Of a stretch of DNA of 63,426 bases, positions 1 to 11,833 are shown in pieces (within the stretch, counting starts at the first letter, position 1; every line of letters starts with the position of its first letter). The notes beneath the pieces were generated by a model that made no database searches, was not told the DNA's origin, and saw nothing but the letters and a program-made list of their open reading frames with translations. The DNA is from Octopus bimaculoides (taxonomy: Eukaryota). The DNA lies in assembly GCF_001194135.2 (NCBI RefSeq), contig NC_068989.1, positions 37,710,025 to 37,773,450 of the forward strand. The letters run 5' to 3'. The translations under genes and the position numbers were made by a program.

Positions 1-17
1 TGTGTGTGTGTGCGTGT

Positions 18-281
18 ACTTTTATCCTTCTACTTATTTTAGTCACTAGACAGTGGCCATGCTGGGACACCAAGTAGTGGTAGGACACACACACACGCAC
101 ACACACACACACGCACACAAACATATATATACGACGGGATTCTTTCAGTTTCCGTCTACCAAATCCACTGACAAGGCTTTGCTTGGTCCGAGGCTACAGT
201 AGAAGATACCTGCCCAAGGTGTCACGCAGTGGCATTGAGCCCGAATAAAGTGGTTTAGAAGCAAGTTTTTTAACCACACAT
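18..281 (-). mobile_element. SINE family A (bipartite tRNA-headed SINE with CORE-like central motif and internal microsatellite)
   Basis: Minus-strand 3' tail (GGCCATGCTGG on +), a CA/TA tract, then the 5' half ending CCCAAGGTGTCACGCAG, the reverse complement of the family motif GCACCTTGGGCAAG. Homologous to copies at 1915, 11414, 18929 and 53845. Confidence 0.85.
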
Positions 282-659
282 ACAAGCATACACATATACA
301 TACCTTGAAAAATTAGGCTTCTCAAAACCAGAAAGGAGAAAGCTAATTAGAATCCAATCCATCACCCGATCTGTAAAAATCTGTAAAACTTTCCAGAAGT
401 TTATCATTTAAATATATATGAGCATGTCTAGAAATGCAACTACAGGGTCTGATCAATAAGTATCCGGACTGTTGCCATAACAACGAAGCTAAAGTACGCA
501 GATTAATACCGCTTGGCACATATTGACCTTGAACTCTGCTGTGCATGTGCACTCAGTTTTAACGTTCTACCTCACTTCTGCTGTTTACAGTAGTGCTTGG
601 AAGGTGTGTAGCGTGTGATTGTCGCATTGACCATGGCAGAGGAAGTTGTCATGGTGATG

Positions 660-1060
660 CCTGCTCAGAGACCTACGCAGTTGTAGAAAGTGTATGGAGA
701 GGAGTGAATGAGCCGGAAACAAGTGTACAAGTGATTAAGACGTTTCCAGGATGGCTGAAGAATATCGACATTGACGAACGTTCTGGGAGACTCGCGACCA
801 GCAGAACTGAAATAAACATCGCATATGTGCGTGCAATTATGAGGTGAAATCGTCGAATCATCGTCCGGGAGTTATCAGAAGATATGCAGATTAGCTACGG
901 TTCGGTTCAATCTCTTATCACTGAAGATTTGGTTATGAGACACGTGTCTGCCAAGTTTGTGCCAAAACTACTTTCATTTGACCAAAAAGACGCTCGGGTT
1001 TCAGTTGCGTAAGATCTCTTTGATTGTGTCGAGAACGATGAAAACTTTTTGAAAATTTTG
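660..1060 (+). pseudogene. Decayed mariner transposase N-terminal (HTH/linker) region
   Basis: Frames with stops read NIDIDERSGRLATSRTE..NRRIIVRELSEDMQISYGSVQSLITEDLVMRHVSAKFVPKLLSFDQK, containing the mariner linker motif (W/F)VPxxL. Confidence 0.85.
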
Positions 1061-1154
1061 CGTGGGCCTCTGAGCAGGTATCGCCAAGTTTTTGGCAAAA
1101 TTTGATGCAAATTCTCCACTCAACTTTCTCTGTCATGTTCATTGCGACGATCAC
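1059..1154 (-). pseudogene. Second copy of the mariner transposase start, inverted
   Basis: ORF 933-1154(-) begins MTEKVEWRICIKFCQKLGDTCSEA, a typical mariner N-terminus (xQRxxIKFCxKLG). Confidence 0.8.
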
Positions 1155-1330
1155 GCGCTACACAGCTTCTTCCCAAGCACTGCTGTAAACAGTGGAAGTG
1201 AGCTAGGATGTTAAAACTTAGTGCGCATTGATAACAGAGTTTAAGGTCAATCTGTGCTAAGCAGCTTCACTCTGTGTGCTTTAGCTTCGTTACTATAGCA
1301 ACAGTCCGGATACTTATTGATCAGACTACG

Positions 1331-1463
1331 TATATGTATGAGGATACATAAAACAAAACATAAATCTGCACACATACATACATGCATACATACATACATA
1401 CGAACATACATACATACAAACATACATACAAACATACATACATACATACATATNNNNNNNNNN

Positions 1464-1534
<71 letters not shown>

Positions 1535-1545
1535 GAGAGAGAGGG
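1331..1545. repeat. Compound microsatellite (TACA)n, (TA)n, (GA)n with a 10-N gap
   Basis: Directly visible; gap at 1454-1463. Confidence 0.95.
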
Positions 1546-1797
1546 GGGCACACAAATATGTCTGTATATGTCTGTGCGTCTGTTTACATATAGTAGACGG
1601 ATATCTGTGGGGGCGCGAATAGTTCTCGTTTCGCCAGACACTACCGATAAAATAAGTGCCAAACTTTAAAAAGTAAAAATGTACTCGGATAGCTTTGCTC
1701 GACCAAACACAAGGCAGTAAACCAGCATGACTACAATCCACTGACTGAAACAAATAAAACTATATATTATACATACATACATACATACATACATACA

Positions 1798-1828
<31 letters not shown>

Positions 1829-1914
1829 GTTTGTATGTATGTATGTATGTATATATGCATGCGTGCATGAATGTATGTATGAATGAACCTATGTATTTGT
1901 GTGAATGTATAAAC

Positions 1915-2345
1915 GCAGGCGTGGCTCTGTGGTAAGAAGTTTGCTTCCAGAGCACATGGTTCCGGGTTCAGTGCCACTGCGTGACACCTTCTACTATAAC
2001 CGCAGGATACAGTAAAAGGGCTTGGTGGACGGAAACTGAAAAGCGGCGAGATGGCAGAAACGTTAGCACGCCGGGCGAAATGCTTACCGGCATTTCGTCT
2101 GCCGCTACGTTCTGAATTCAAATTCCGCCGAGGTCGACTTAGCCTTTCATCCTTTCGGGGTCGATTAAATAAGTACCAGTTACGCACTGGGGTCGATATG
2201 CTCGACTTAATCCGTTTGTCTGTCCTTGTTTGTCCCCTCTGTGTGTAGCCACTTGTGGGCAGTAAGGAAATAGGAAACTGAAAGAAGCCCATTTCATATA
2301 TATATGTATATGTGTGTGTGTATGTGTGTGTATGTGTGTACATGT

Positions 2346-2408
<63 letters not shown>

Positions 2409-2625
2409 TTTGTGTATATGTTTGTCACCCCACCACCGCTTGACAATCAGTGTTGGTGTGTTTACGTCCCTGTATACTTGCGGTTCGGCAAAAGAGACCC
2501 ATGAAATAAGTACCAGCCTGTACAAAAAATAGTAAGTCCTGGGGTCGATCCATGCGGCTCAAATTTTTTCAAGCCAGAGCCCCAGCATGGCCGCAGTCCA
2601 ATAACTGAAACAAGAAAATGAAAAT
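1915..2625 (+). mobile_element. SINE family A, interrupted by a family B SINE
   Basis: Head GCAGGCGTGGCTCTGTGGTAAG (A-box) and GGTTCAGTGCC (B-box-like). Internal (TG)n at about 2305-2407. 3' half ends CCCAGCATGGCCGCAGTCCAATAACTGAAACAAG. Confidence 0.9.
2042..2272 (+). mobile_element. SINE family B nested in family A
   Basis: GGCGAGATGGCAGAAACGTTAG head, GTTCTGAATTCAAATTCC B-box, central GCCTTTCATCCTTTCGGGGTCGAT domain. 11-bp TSD GGAAACTGAAA at 2031-2041 and 2273-2283. Confidence 0.9.
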
Positions 2626-3258
2626 ACATGTGTGTGTGTTTGAATGTACGTGAGTATATTTGTATGACTGTATTTGTGCATGTATGTATGTATGTACGAA
2701 TGTATGTATGTATGTATGTATGTATGTATGCAGAGCCGGTCTGAAGGGAATACAATTCCAGGAAAAAAGGGCGTAATAACATTATTTAGAAGGTCGCACT
2801 TCGTTTCTTGAGAGGGCACGTGCCCCTCACCCCCACCTTAGGCCCGCCCCTGGTATGTATGTATGTATGTACGCATGCATGTATGTATCTGTATGTATGC
2901 GTTGTTCTATGTTAGCACTATCAACATATTTGTGTGAACTAAACAGAACTTTCCTTAGAGCCGATCTCGGTTTATTCCCAATAACTGTTGATCATTTCTG
3001 CTGCAGTTGTTGCTGTAGGTATTGCAGCTATTACGAATTCCCCGTTCCCGTTATCATTGTCAATCATCTTCGCTGCTGTCGTATTCATCATTCATTATCG
3101 GCGTGGTCGCTATTGTTAGCTCATCGTTCACACTGGCTACCTCCCTCAGTTTTTCCCTTTATCCGTATCCTCTTTCAGACGAAAGAAAAACAAGTCACCG
3201 GCAAGCATTGTAGTCGTAGTAGTAGCAGTTACTATTATTATTGTTACTGTCGTTATTA

Positions 3259-3339
<81 letters not shown>

Positions 3340-3689
3340 TGTCTGTTTGTATTGATTCCTTATATCTAGGCACACGACCAATTTATTTCCTGTTGAGGAA
3401 CAGTTAACAGTCGGTTGAATCAACCCTGCGGTATTTTTCTTATTTTTTTCATAGATAAAGATGATGGCAGAGTTGAGAAGGCTAACTTAAGACTTGAACC
3501 CCAAAATGAAAGGAATGAAACTAATTGCAGTTTCAAAAACATTTTAATCTGCTGTTACTCGTGTCGGTCATCGTTCTCGTTTGTCAAGATCGTGTGTTAT
3601 TTTTATTTTATCACAACAAATGCAGTCATTTCTACACGCTTTCTTTCTCAAGTTTTTGTAGCTCGTATCTTTTCTCCCTCCATCGCTCT

Positions 3690-3703
3690 TTCTTCTACAT
3701 CAC

Positions 3704-3789
<86 letters not shown>

Positions 3790-4480
3790 TATTCTGTCAT
3801 TCTCCACTTATAATCCTCGCAAGCTCCTCCCTTTTTAATTGTCTCTCACTTCTTTTCTCTTTCTTTTGTTACTTACTCTCTCACACTTTCTCTTCCGCAA
3901 TCCCTCTCAGTCATTACCATTTTTTCATATTTCTCTCTCCCATTTTCTACTTTTCCTTTTTTCGTTTCACTTTCACTTTCCCTTTGTATATCCCCTTTAC
4001 AATCTCTCCTCTCTTTCTTTCTTTCTTCCTTTTCTTTCCATCCTTTATTTCGCTTTTTGTTTTTCTCTCCATCCTTCCTTATCTTCTTTCCCTCCTTTCT
4101 TTCTCCCCCCTCTCTCTCTGTCTTTCTCTCCATTCTCTCTTTTTTCTTCCCGACTCCTTTATGTGATTCCTTTCCTTTCTCCCCCTCCTACCACACTGCT
4201 TTTTTATCAACTTTCTTTCTCTCTCCCGCTTTTCCTCTTACTCTTCTCTCAGTTCTTTCTATTTACTCCATTACCCCCACCTTCACTTCCCCTTCCTCTT
4301 CCTTTCTCTCCTCTGGCTCTCCCTTCCTTTCTGTTTTTTTTTCCTCTTCTTCTTCTCCACTTCTTTCTTCTCATCCAACTATACACCATCTCATTCAACA
4401 TTTCTCTTCCCCTGTCTCTTACACATCTTTCCTCCATCCGTATTACCCTCCCCCCACCAACCACACTTATATTCAGTTAA
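3690..4480. repeat. Long polypyrimidine/polypurine low-complexity tract including (CT)n and (CA)n
   Basis: About 800 bp almost devoid of G on +. The F/S/L-rich ORFs here are compositional artefacts. Confidence 0.9.
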
Positions 4481-4829
4481 CCACCACCATTAGCCAATCA
4501 GGACAGACGTATAGTTCCATAACTAAATCATCTCCTTGCTCCGACTTTTAAAACAACTAAAACTACTTCTCGTAGGATCGTCATCACACCTCAACCACTA
4601 ATCTCACTCTCTTATGACTACAGTTCTTCTTAGAATCACCATCACTGTCACCATGGATACCTTTACTTCAATTTCAACCGAAGGATAGCACAACCATCAC
4701 CGCCGTCAACATCATCATCGCGATCATCCTCACATCATCACCACCACTACCCAACCTACCAAATACTATCTCTATCCCATTAGTAATACTATAACTATCT
4801 ATCCCATTAACCAGACCACACATCTTTAG

Positions 4830-5062
4830 CGACTACCCTCTCGAGCCAACGAGGAAGCGTCTATGCGATCGCTCGACCTTCCAGAAATAGTAGTTAAATC
4901 TTCCCCAAATCACATTCTTCCTTCTTAGAAACAGGGTTTCACAGGATAATGTAGTAGTATTCAATAGCGTGTCTAAAATATAAAGATGGGATGGCCACAG
5001 TTGGAATGTTTTTGGTAATAGGTCCACTCAACCAAAGATGAACTGGGGTTGAACAACAACAG
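4830..5062 (+). mobile_element. Interspersed repeat family D (SINE-like; motifs AGAAATAGCAGCCAAATC, GGATAATGTAG, GGGGTTAAACAACAAC)
   Basis: The same motifs recur at about 7430-7705, 14600-14765, 23695-23770(-), 30325-30500, 34645-34770, 38390-38470 and 55165-55335. Confidence 0.65.
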
Positions 5063-5149
5063 CGTTTTAATTAACACCACTGCTACAACCGTCGTAACTT
5101 CATAATTTCATCTCCAGTCTTCAAATATTTAGCTTATCGTCTGGAAGCT

Positions 5150-6085
5150 ACACGCTATATAATAGAGTCTATAACAACAGTAATAACATCAACAGCAACA
5201 ACTACAAACATAAATGCAATAAGCAACAATATATCAACTACTACAGCAACAATACAACAACGACAACAGCATAACAACTGCACCGACACAACAACACCAA
5301 CACGAGCAACACTAATGCAACAACTATAACAACATGGGAACTGCAATAACAACAAGTGCAGCTGCATAATAATAACAACTTACAGCAGCATAACAACAGC
5401 TTCGGCAACACCTACAGCAACATAATAACAACTACATTCAACACACATCCGTATAACTTCTCTCACATACCACCACAACCATCACCACAAAAAGATCTTA
5501 TCATCACAACTATTGACTCTGTCACAATCAAAATAACATCCCCATCAACACCGTTATTACTATAACCTCAATAAAAACACTGTCACAGCCACCACACCAT
5601 TACAACAAAAGCAACAACAACAAAAATCTTCATCACAATCACCACCACCACCACCACCACCATCACTGCAATAACCCATATAACTATTAACACCACTTCT
5701 ACCACAAAGAAGTTCCCCCACCACTACTATAACAAACACTGCACCAGCGCCATCACCACTAATATCACTGCAACAACTCCTTCGTCGCTATCAGCACCAC
5801 TTACCCCCACCATGAGTAGTTCCCCACTGCTACCACTACTATAGCAAGCGCTACACCCCCGTCACCACCATTACTACCAATATCACTGCAACAACATCCC
5901 CACCACATCACTACGATTTCCACCTCCACCACCACTGTCGCCACCACGAGTAAACCTCTCCTATCACTGTCACTATAATTACATCTCCTCTCCATAACAA
6001 TCCTACCACCGCTGCCATTACCTATCATCATCATCATCGTCATCATCATCATCATCGTCATCATCGTCATCATTACTATTACCAT
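5150..6085. repeat. Cryptic trinucleotide low-complexity region (ACA/ACC/CAT)n
   Basis: Visible AAC, CAC and CAT reiterations; produces T/N/H-rich pseudo-ORFs. Confidence 0.85.
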
Positions 6086-6138
6086 CTGCGAAATAGTGAC
6101 AACGGTCGTTTATATTACTGTGACTAAAATTGTTCACC

Positions 6139-6178
6139 ATGTCGGATAACGAAGTGGAAGAAGCGTCTTTCCTGCCAG
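6139..6178 (+). CDS. Candidate ATG-bearing coding exon of an unidentified gene (MSDNEVEEASFLP, phase-1 donor)
   Basis: CACCATGT start context, 13 codons + 1 nt of non-repetitive sequence, and a consensus donor CAG|GTAAGT at 6179. No homology recognised. Confidence 0.45.
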
Positions 6179-7102
6179 GTAAGTATTTTTATTCTTCCAA
6201 CAATTATTTCATTCTATTGTTCATGATGACACATCAAAGGCTTCGTAAATATAAACATGAACGGCATTGTCACTGTTGCCGGTCTGTCGTTTCTTTCTTT
6301 CTTTCTTTCTTTTTTTCTTTCTTTCTTTCCTCCTTTCTTTCTTTCCTTCTTTCTTTCTTTCTTTCTTTCTTTATGTCTTTCTTTCTTTCTTTCTTTTATT
6401 TATTCATTTGTTTGTTTTCATTCCGTCGATGAGTTTATTGTATTGAAAAATAAAATAATTAAAGGTAAATTAAAGAAACGAATATTATTACTCTTTCATT
6501 CTTTTTTGTTTTCTTTCAAATCTTTCTCTACTTCTTCCCAGTATTTTTCTTCCTTTAAACCTGTCTCTAACTCATCTCCCTTTATTATAAATCCTTCTTT
6601 CTTTCAAAACACTTCTCATTCACATTCGAATATTTCACCCTCATTCAAGTTTTTCTCAAATATTTTCAAATATTTATCTTACTTTATTTCTTCTAAATGT
6701 TTCACTAATTCTCTCAAATATTTCTGTTTCTTTCAAATGTTTCTATTTTTCATTTAAATCCTTCTCTACTTCATTCACATATTTCCTTCAAATCTTTCTT
6801 TTATACAAAATCTTCATCAAAACTTTTATCTACCAATAATTGCTACCACTCATTCGCTCTCCTATTCATTTCGTTTATTTCTTTTATTCACTTCCTCTTA
6901 TTCTTTCTTTTATTCTTCTTCATTTCTCGATCCTTTCTTTCTTTCTCTCTATATATCTCCTTTACTTTCACTTTCATTTTTTTTCCGCCGTAAATATATA
7001 TATTTTGCACTCTTCGAAACGTTTCGTTCACCGAGAAGTTGTCGTCTGCTACAACCATATCCAAACATGTGTACACACACACACATTTATACATATACAC
7101 AC

Positions 7103-7203
<101 letters not shown>

Positions 7204-7429
7204 GCTTATATGCAAGTACATACATACAGAAGCATACAAACATATACATATGCACATATATACACTCACATACTTGGTGAAACATAAACATTCAAACATG
7301 GATACAGGCGACTTCTATAAACAAACCTGACGTACCAGACGCAACTTTACAAACTCTGCATCACACAAATACACGTCGAAATAAACATTTTGATGAGAAT
7401 ATAGAGTGCACACAACGATATAGCCTCTA

Positions 7430-7705
7430 TGTGACCATTCGGCAAGCTAGATGTAGCGACCAAATCTCTCCCAAATAAACAACAAAGGAGCCAACATAGG
7501 AGCCTCAACGTGGTCGTTCAGCTTGCTAGACACAACAACGAAATCTCTCTCTTTCAAACTATACCACTCTACTGTAAAACAGAGAACGTATTGGATAAAT
7601 GTAGGCCTGATCATATCATCTCAGAATAGACGACATAGCCACGACTGGAACGACCTTGGTCATAGTTTTGTGGAATAAACACTAACCGGGGGTTAAACAA
7701 TAACA
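7430..7705 (+). mobile_element. Family D repeat copy
   Basis: GCAAGCTAGATGTAGCGACCAAATCTC, GTTCAGCTTGCTAGACAC..AAATCTCTC, GGATAAATGTAGG, and the tail GGGGGTTAAACAATAAC. Confidence 0.65.
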
Positions 7706-9209
7706 GATCGCTCTTTCTTTAACTCTCTTATCTCCTCTCCATCTCTCTCTCCACTCCTCCTCTCACTCTTCTCCTCTCCTCTCTCCCACCTTCTCTCTCC
7801 TACCTTTCTCTTCTCTCTCTCCTATCTCTCTTTACTTTCTTACTCTCCCCTCTCTCTTCCCCTTCCCCTTCCTCTCACTCTTCCTTCTTTGATTCTCTCT
7901 CTCATTTGTTTCTCCCATTCCTCAGAAACATTTCTTTCCTTCAATCAGCCAGAAGTTGTCGTCTGCTGCTTCCATATCTAAACATGTGGCCACTCATATA
8001 TACACACGTTTATACAAACAATTCTATGTATATAAACGCATTAAACATTCATCCATCCATCCATCCACACATACATACATATATTTTTTTGTATATGTAT
8101 GCTTGTATGCATATATGTGTGCATCTATATATATGTTTAAACACAAACAGATGCACAAGCATATTCATATGAGCATTAAGAATGAGTGTATATATATATA
8201 TATACAAATATGTGTTTCTACAGACTGAACTATACATAGTTTCCATATCAGAAAAAAAAATGTTTAACTTGTTCGTATTACCGAGGAATACAAAAATGAA
8301 TGATTATTGTCTGTCTGTCTGTCCGTCTTTCTGTCTGTCTGTATTTATGTATGTATGTATGTATGTACTCTCACACGTTAATAAACTATTATGTTACATA
8401 TGAAGTGCGTATAAATGTCTAAATTTATGTGTGCGTATATGTGTGTGTGTATATGCAAGTACACACACGCACACGTATATATGTGTGTGTGCGTGTGTAG
8501 GATTGTGTTTACAGCATTTGCACAAAATTCGATCCCAGGTAGATTCACAGCTAATATACACATACAGACTTATGCAAACTCTGTTTGAACCCCNNNNNNN
8601 NNNNNNNNNNNNNNNNNNNNNNNNNNNNNNNNNNNNNNNNNNNNNNNNNNNNNNNNNNNNNNNNNNNNNNNNNNNNNNNNNNNNNNNNNNNNNNNNNNNN
8701 NNNNNNNNNNNNNNNNNNNNNNNNNNNNNNNNNNNNNNNNNNNNNNNNNNNNNNNNNNNNNNNNNNNNNNNNNNNNNNNNNNNNNNNNNNNNNNNNNNNN
8801 NNNNNNNNNNNNNNNNNNNNNNNNNNNNNNNNNNNNNNNNNNNNNNNNNNNNNNNNNNGTGTGTGTGTGTGAGTCGCACGTGCAGCTGTGCCCCAGCATG
8901 GCCGCAGCTGTCGGGCTGAAACTAGTAAAAATAAAAGAGAAAATGACAGTAACATAACTGAGTATGAAAGAACTTGAAAATAATTTATAACAAACGTTTC
9001 TTTTTGCTTTAAATGGTGTAGGGAGAAGGCCACACGAAGGCCTTAGAACCATGCCAATTGGCGAACTGGTCCAAGTACTTTCACCTTCGTTCTCGCCTTC
9101 AGGCACACACACACACACACACACGCACACACACACAGTCACACACACAGTCACACACACACACACACAGAGTCACACACACCCACAGAGTCACACACAC
9201 ACACGCGCG

Positions 9210-9460
9210 TATGTGTGCATATGTTTACAAGCACACAATCATATTTGTAGATACACAAGCATGTTTACACACAGACACATACAAACATTCATGTTTATAA
9301 ATACACAAGCATGTTTTACTCACACACACGCCCAACACACACGCATGGTTATAGAGACACAAATATGTTTACACGCACACAATCATGTTTATAAATACAC
9401 AATCATGTTTACACGCACACACACACATACACACACACAAGCTTGTTTATATACAAACGC
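9210..9460. repeat. Diverged ~20-bp minisatellite CATGTTTA(C/T)A..CACACAAT
   Basis: Repeated CATGTTTAC/CATGTTTAT units separated by CA-rich spacers. Confidence 0.7.
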
Positions 9461-9823
9461 ACTGACGCATGTTAGCAAGAATTTTGCGCACTCATGCAAA
9501 CACGCACTAGAATGTTTGCATATAGACACAGATATAATCTCACATATATACATACGCGTATACACGAGCAAATGCATGACCCATGATTGCGCGCACACGT
9601 TTGCATAGGCACACATGGATGTTTGAGCACTTACACACACATATACGAGTGTTGTATCTTATTCATACACAGAAATGCATAGTCGCGCATGCATACATGT
9701 TCTACATACGCCCGCGCGCACACACACACACACACACACGACTTACATACACGCACATAATGCATAACCACAGTTATATATGAATGAATGCATGCGTATC
9801 TGTACATTTATAGATATCCAAAC

Positions 9824-10146
9824 TGACACTCCTTCAGTTACGACGACGAACGTTCCAGTTGATATGATCAACGGAAGAACCCGCTTGTGAAATTAATGTG
9901 CATGTGACTGAGCAATCCATAGACACGCGTACCCTTAATGTAGTTCCCAGGGAGGTTCAACGTGACACATATTGTGACAAAGCTGGTCGTTTTTCACATT
10001 TAGATACAACTCATTTTTTTGCCAGCTGAATGGACTGGAACCACATGAAATAAAGCGTCTTAGTCAAGGACACGACGCGCCGTCGGGTATCGAACTCGCG
10101 ACCTTATGATCGCGAGCTGAATACCCTTACCGCTAAGCCACGCGTC
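9824..10146 (-). mobile_element. SINE family C1 (tRNA head + V-like body + tail X)
   Basis: Reverse complement reads GACGCGTGGCTTAGCGGTAAGG..GAGTTCGATACCC (A/B boxes), then GTGTCCTTGACTAAGACGC..CAGTCCATTCAGCTGGCAAAA. The tail is shared with 54032-54422. Confidence 0.85.
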
Positions 10147-11187
10147 ACACACACACACATACACACACACACACACTCACACACAAATGACATTGTATAC
10201 ATGTAACACATTCATGCTTACTCATATATATATAACCATAACAAATATATGTTGCAGTACGTGCGTGTGTATATATATGTATATGTGTGTATAATGGTAC
10301 TTACATATACGCGTGGTTCTTATACACTCATAGATACAGGTCCATACAGGTTGTCTTCTTGTCTAACAGCCACGTGCGCCTTTCTAGACTGTTTACAGCT
10401 GTGGCTGTGAGTATCCACTGAAAACCTGTGTGTTTGTGTATACAAGCGTTACTCTCTGTGTGTATGGAAAGAGTGGGTGTGTAAATTCGTTTATCTACAT
10501 CCCTGTGTGCATGTAGTAGTGGTGGTGGGTGTATGTATATATATATATATATATAGCTATATTCATATATGTGTATCTACAAGTATATATATATTTATGT
10601 GTGAGTGTGTATGTGTATGCTGTTCGATGGTAACCGCATATATATATATATATATATATACACAAGACAGTATACAACTTGACATATACACTATACACTT
10701 CAGTCCGTTATTTCGAATACATGATCACACACACACTCACACATACACACAAGCAAGCAGTGCGACACTGACAAGTATTGATGCGCGTGNNNNNNNNNNA
10801 CACACACACCCACACGCTCTCTCTCACTTTCTTTTTTTCACTGAGTAACGCAATTAGTTCTTTCCGTTACCGAGTTCGATTTAAGTAAAACACAACACAC
10901 ATGGCACACGCACGCATGCACGATCACAGATTCACATGTGTGCATGCACGCTCTACTGCATATATATTGGCAATTATACCAACATATATATATATATATA
11001 TATATTACATGTTTGTATATATGCATACATGTATGTATATAGCATATATGTATGTATAAATGCATATACATATATATATTATGGATATGTACGTATCTAT
11101 ACATGTACATGAATATGTATATATACATATATAGATGTACATATGGATGTATACATATGTATGCATGCATATGTATATATATGTATG

Positions 11188-11223
<36 letters not shown>

Positions 11224-11233
11224 NNNNNNNNNN

Positions 11234-11277
<44 letters not shown>

Positions 11278-11413
11278 ATATACGTGTGTGTATGTGAACA
11301 CATTTATTTACGTGTGTTTATGTATGCATATATGTGTATTCACACACATAAACATCCGTACACGTATCTGCATCTATATACGTAAAACATATGTATAGTA
11401 TGTATAGGTCAGT

Positions 11414-11595
11414 TATCTTTTCTTTGTTTCAGCCACTGGACTGCGGTCATGCTGGAGCCACGTGTTGAAGTGTTTTAAGCGGACAAATCGACTCCAGGAC
11501 TTATTTTTTAAAGTCTGACAATATTGTATCGATCTTTAGCCGAACTGCAAGATTACTGGGACGTGTGTGTGTGTGTGTGGATAAATATATATGTG

Positions 11596-11653
<58 letters not shown>

Positions 11654-11795
11654 TGTGTGTAAGCGACGGGCTTCCACACGGCTTCCGTTTGCTAAATTTA
11701 CTCACCTTGTGGCAATAGCTGACCTGCCTAAAGTGTCGCGCAGCGGGACTGAACCCGACACCATGCTGACAAAGCGAGCTTCTTGATCATGCAGG
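11414..11795 (-). mobile_element. SINE family A
   Basis: 3' half (CTGCGGTCATGCTGG), a TG/TA tract, then the 5' half (CACGGCTTCCGTTTGC..AAGTGTCGCGCAGCGGGACTGAACCC). Confidence 0.8.
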
Positions 11796-11833
11796 TCTCT
11801 CTCTCTGTATATGTATCATTTCTATATGTATAT

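Larger units (their letters stand above)
443..1330. mobile_element. Mariner-derived fold-back element: two 5' ends head-to-head, TA-flanked
   Basis: TA at 441-442 and 1331-1332. The termini share a perfect 29-bp inverted match GTCTGATCAATAAGTATCCGGACTGTTGC. The arms stay alignable from 443-680 versus 1059-1330. Confidence 0.9.

Noticed and set aside
3455-3590. Strong acceptor TTTTTTTCATAG followed by DKDDGRVEKANLRLEPQNERNETNCS
   Set aside because: No convincing donor, no recognisable homology, and the frame runs into simple repeats.
3525-4551. 213-aa F/S/L-rich 'membrane protein' ORFs
   Set aside because: Compositional artefact of the polypyrimidine tract.
9824-10146. tRNA-like A/B boxes here and at 1915, 2042, 15529 and 54032
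   Set aside because: These are SINE heads with no complete cloverleaf; not annotated as tRNA genes.
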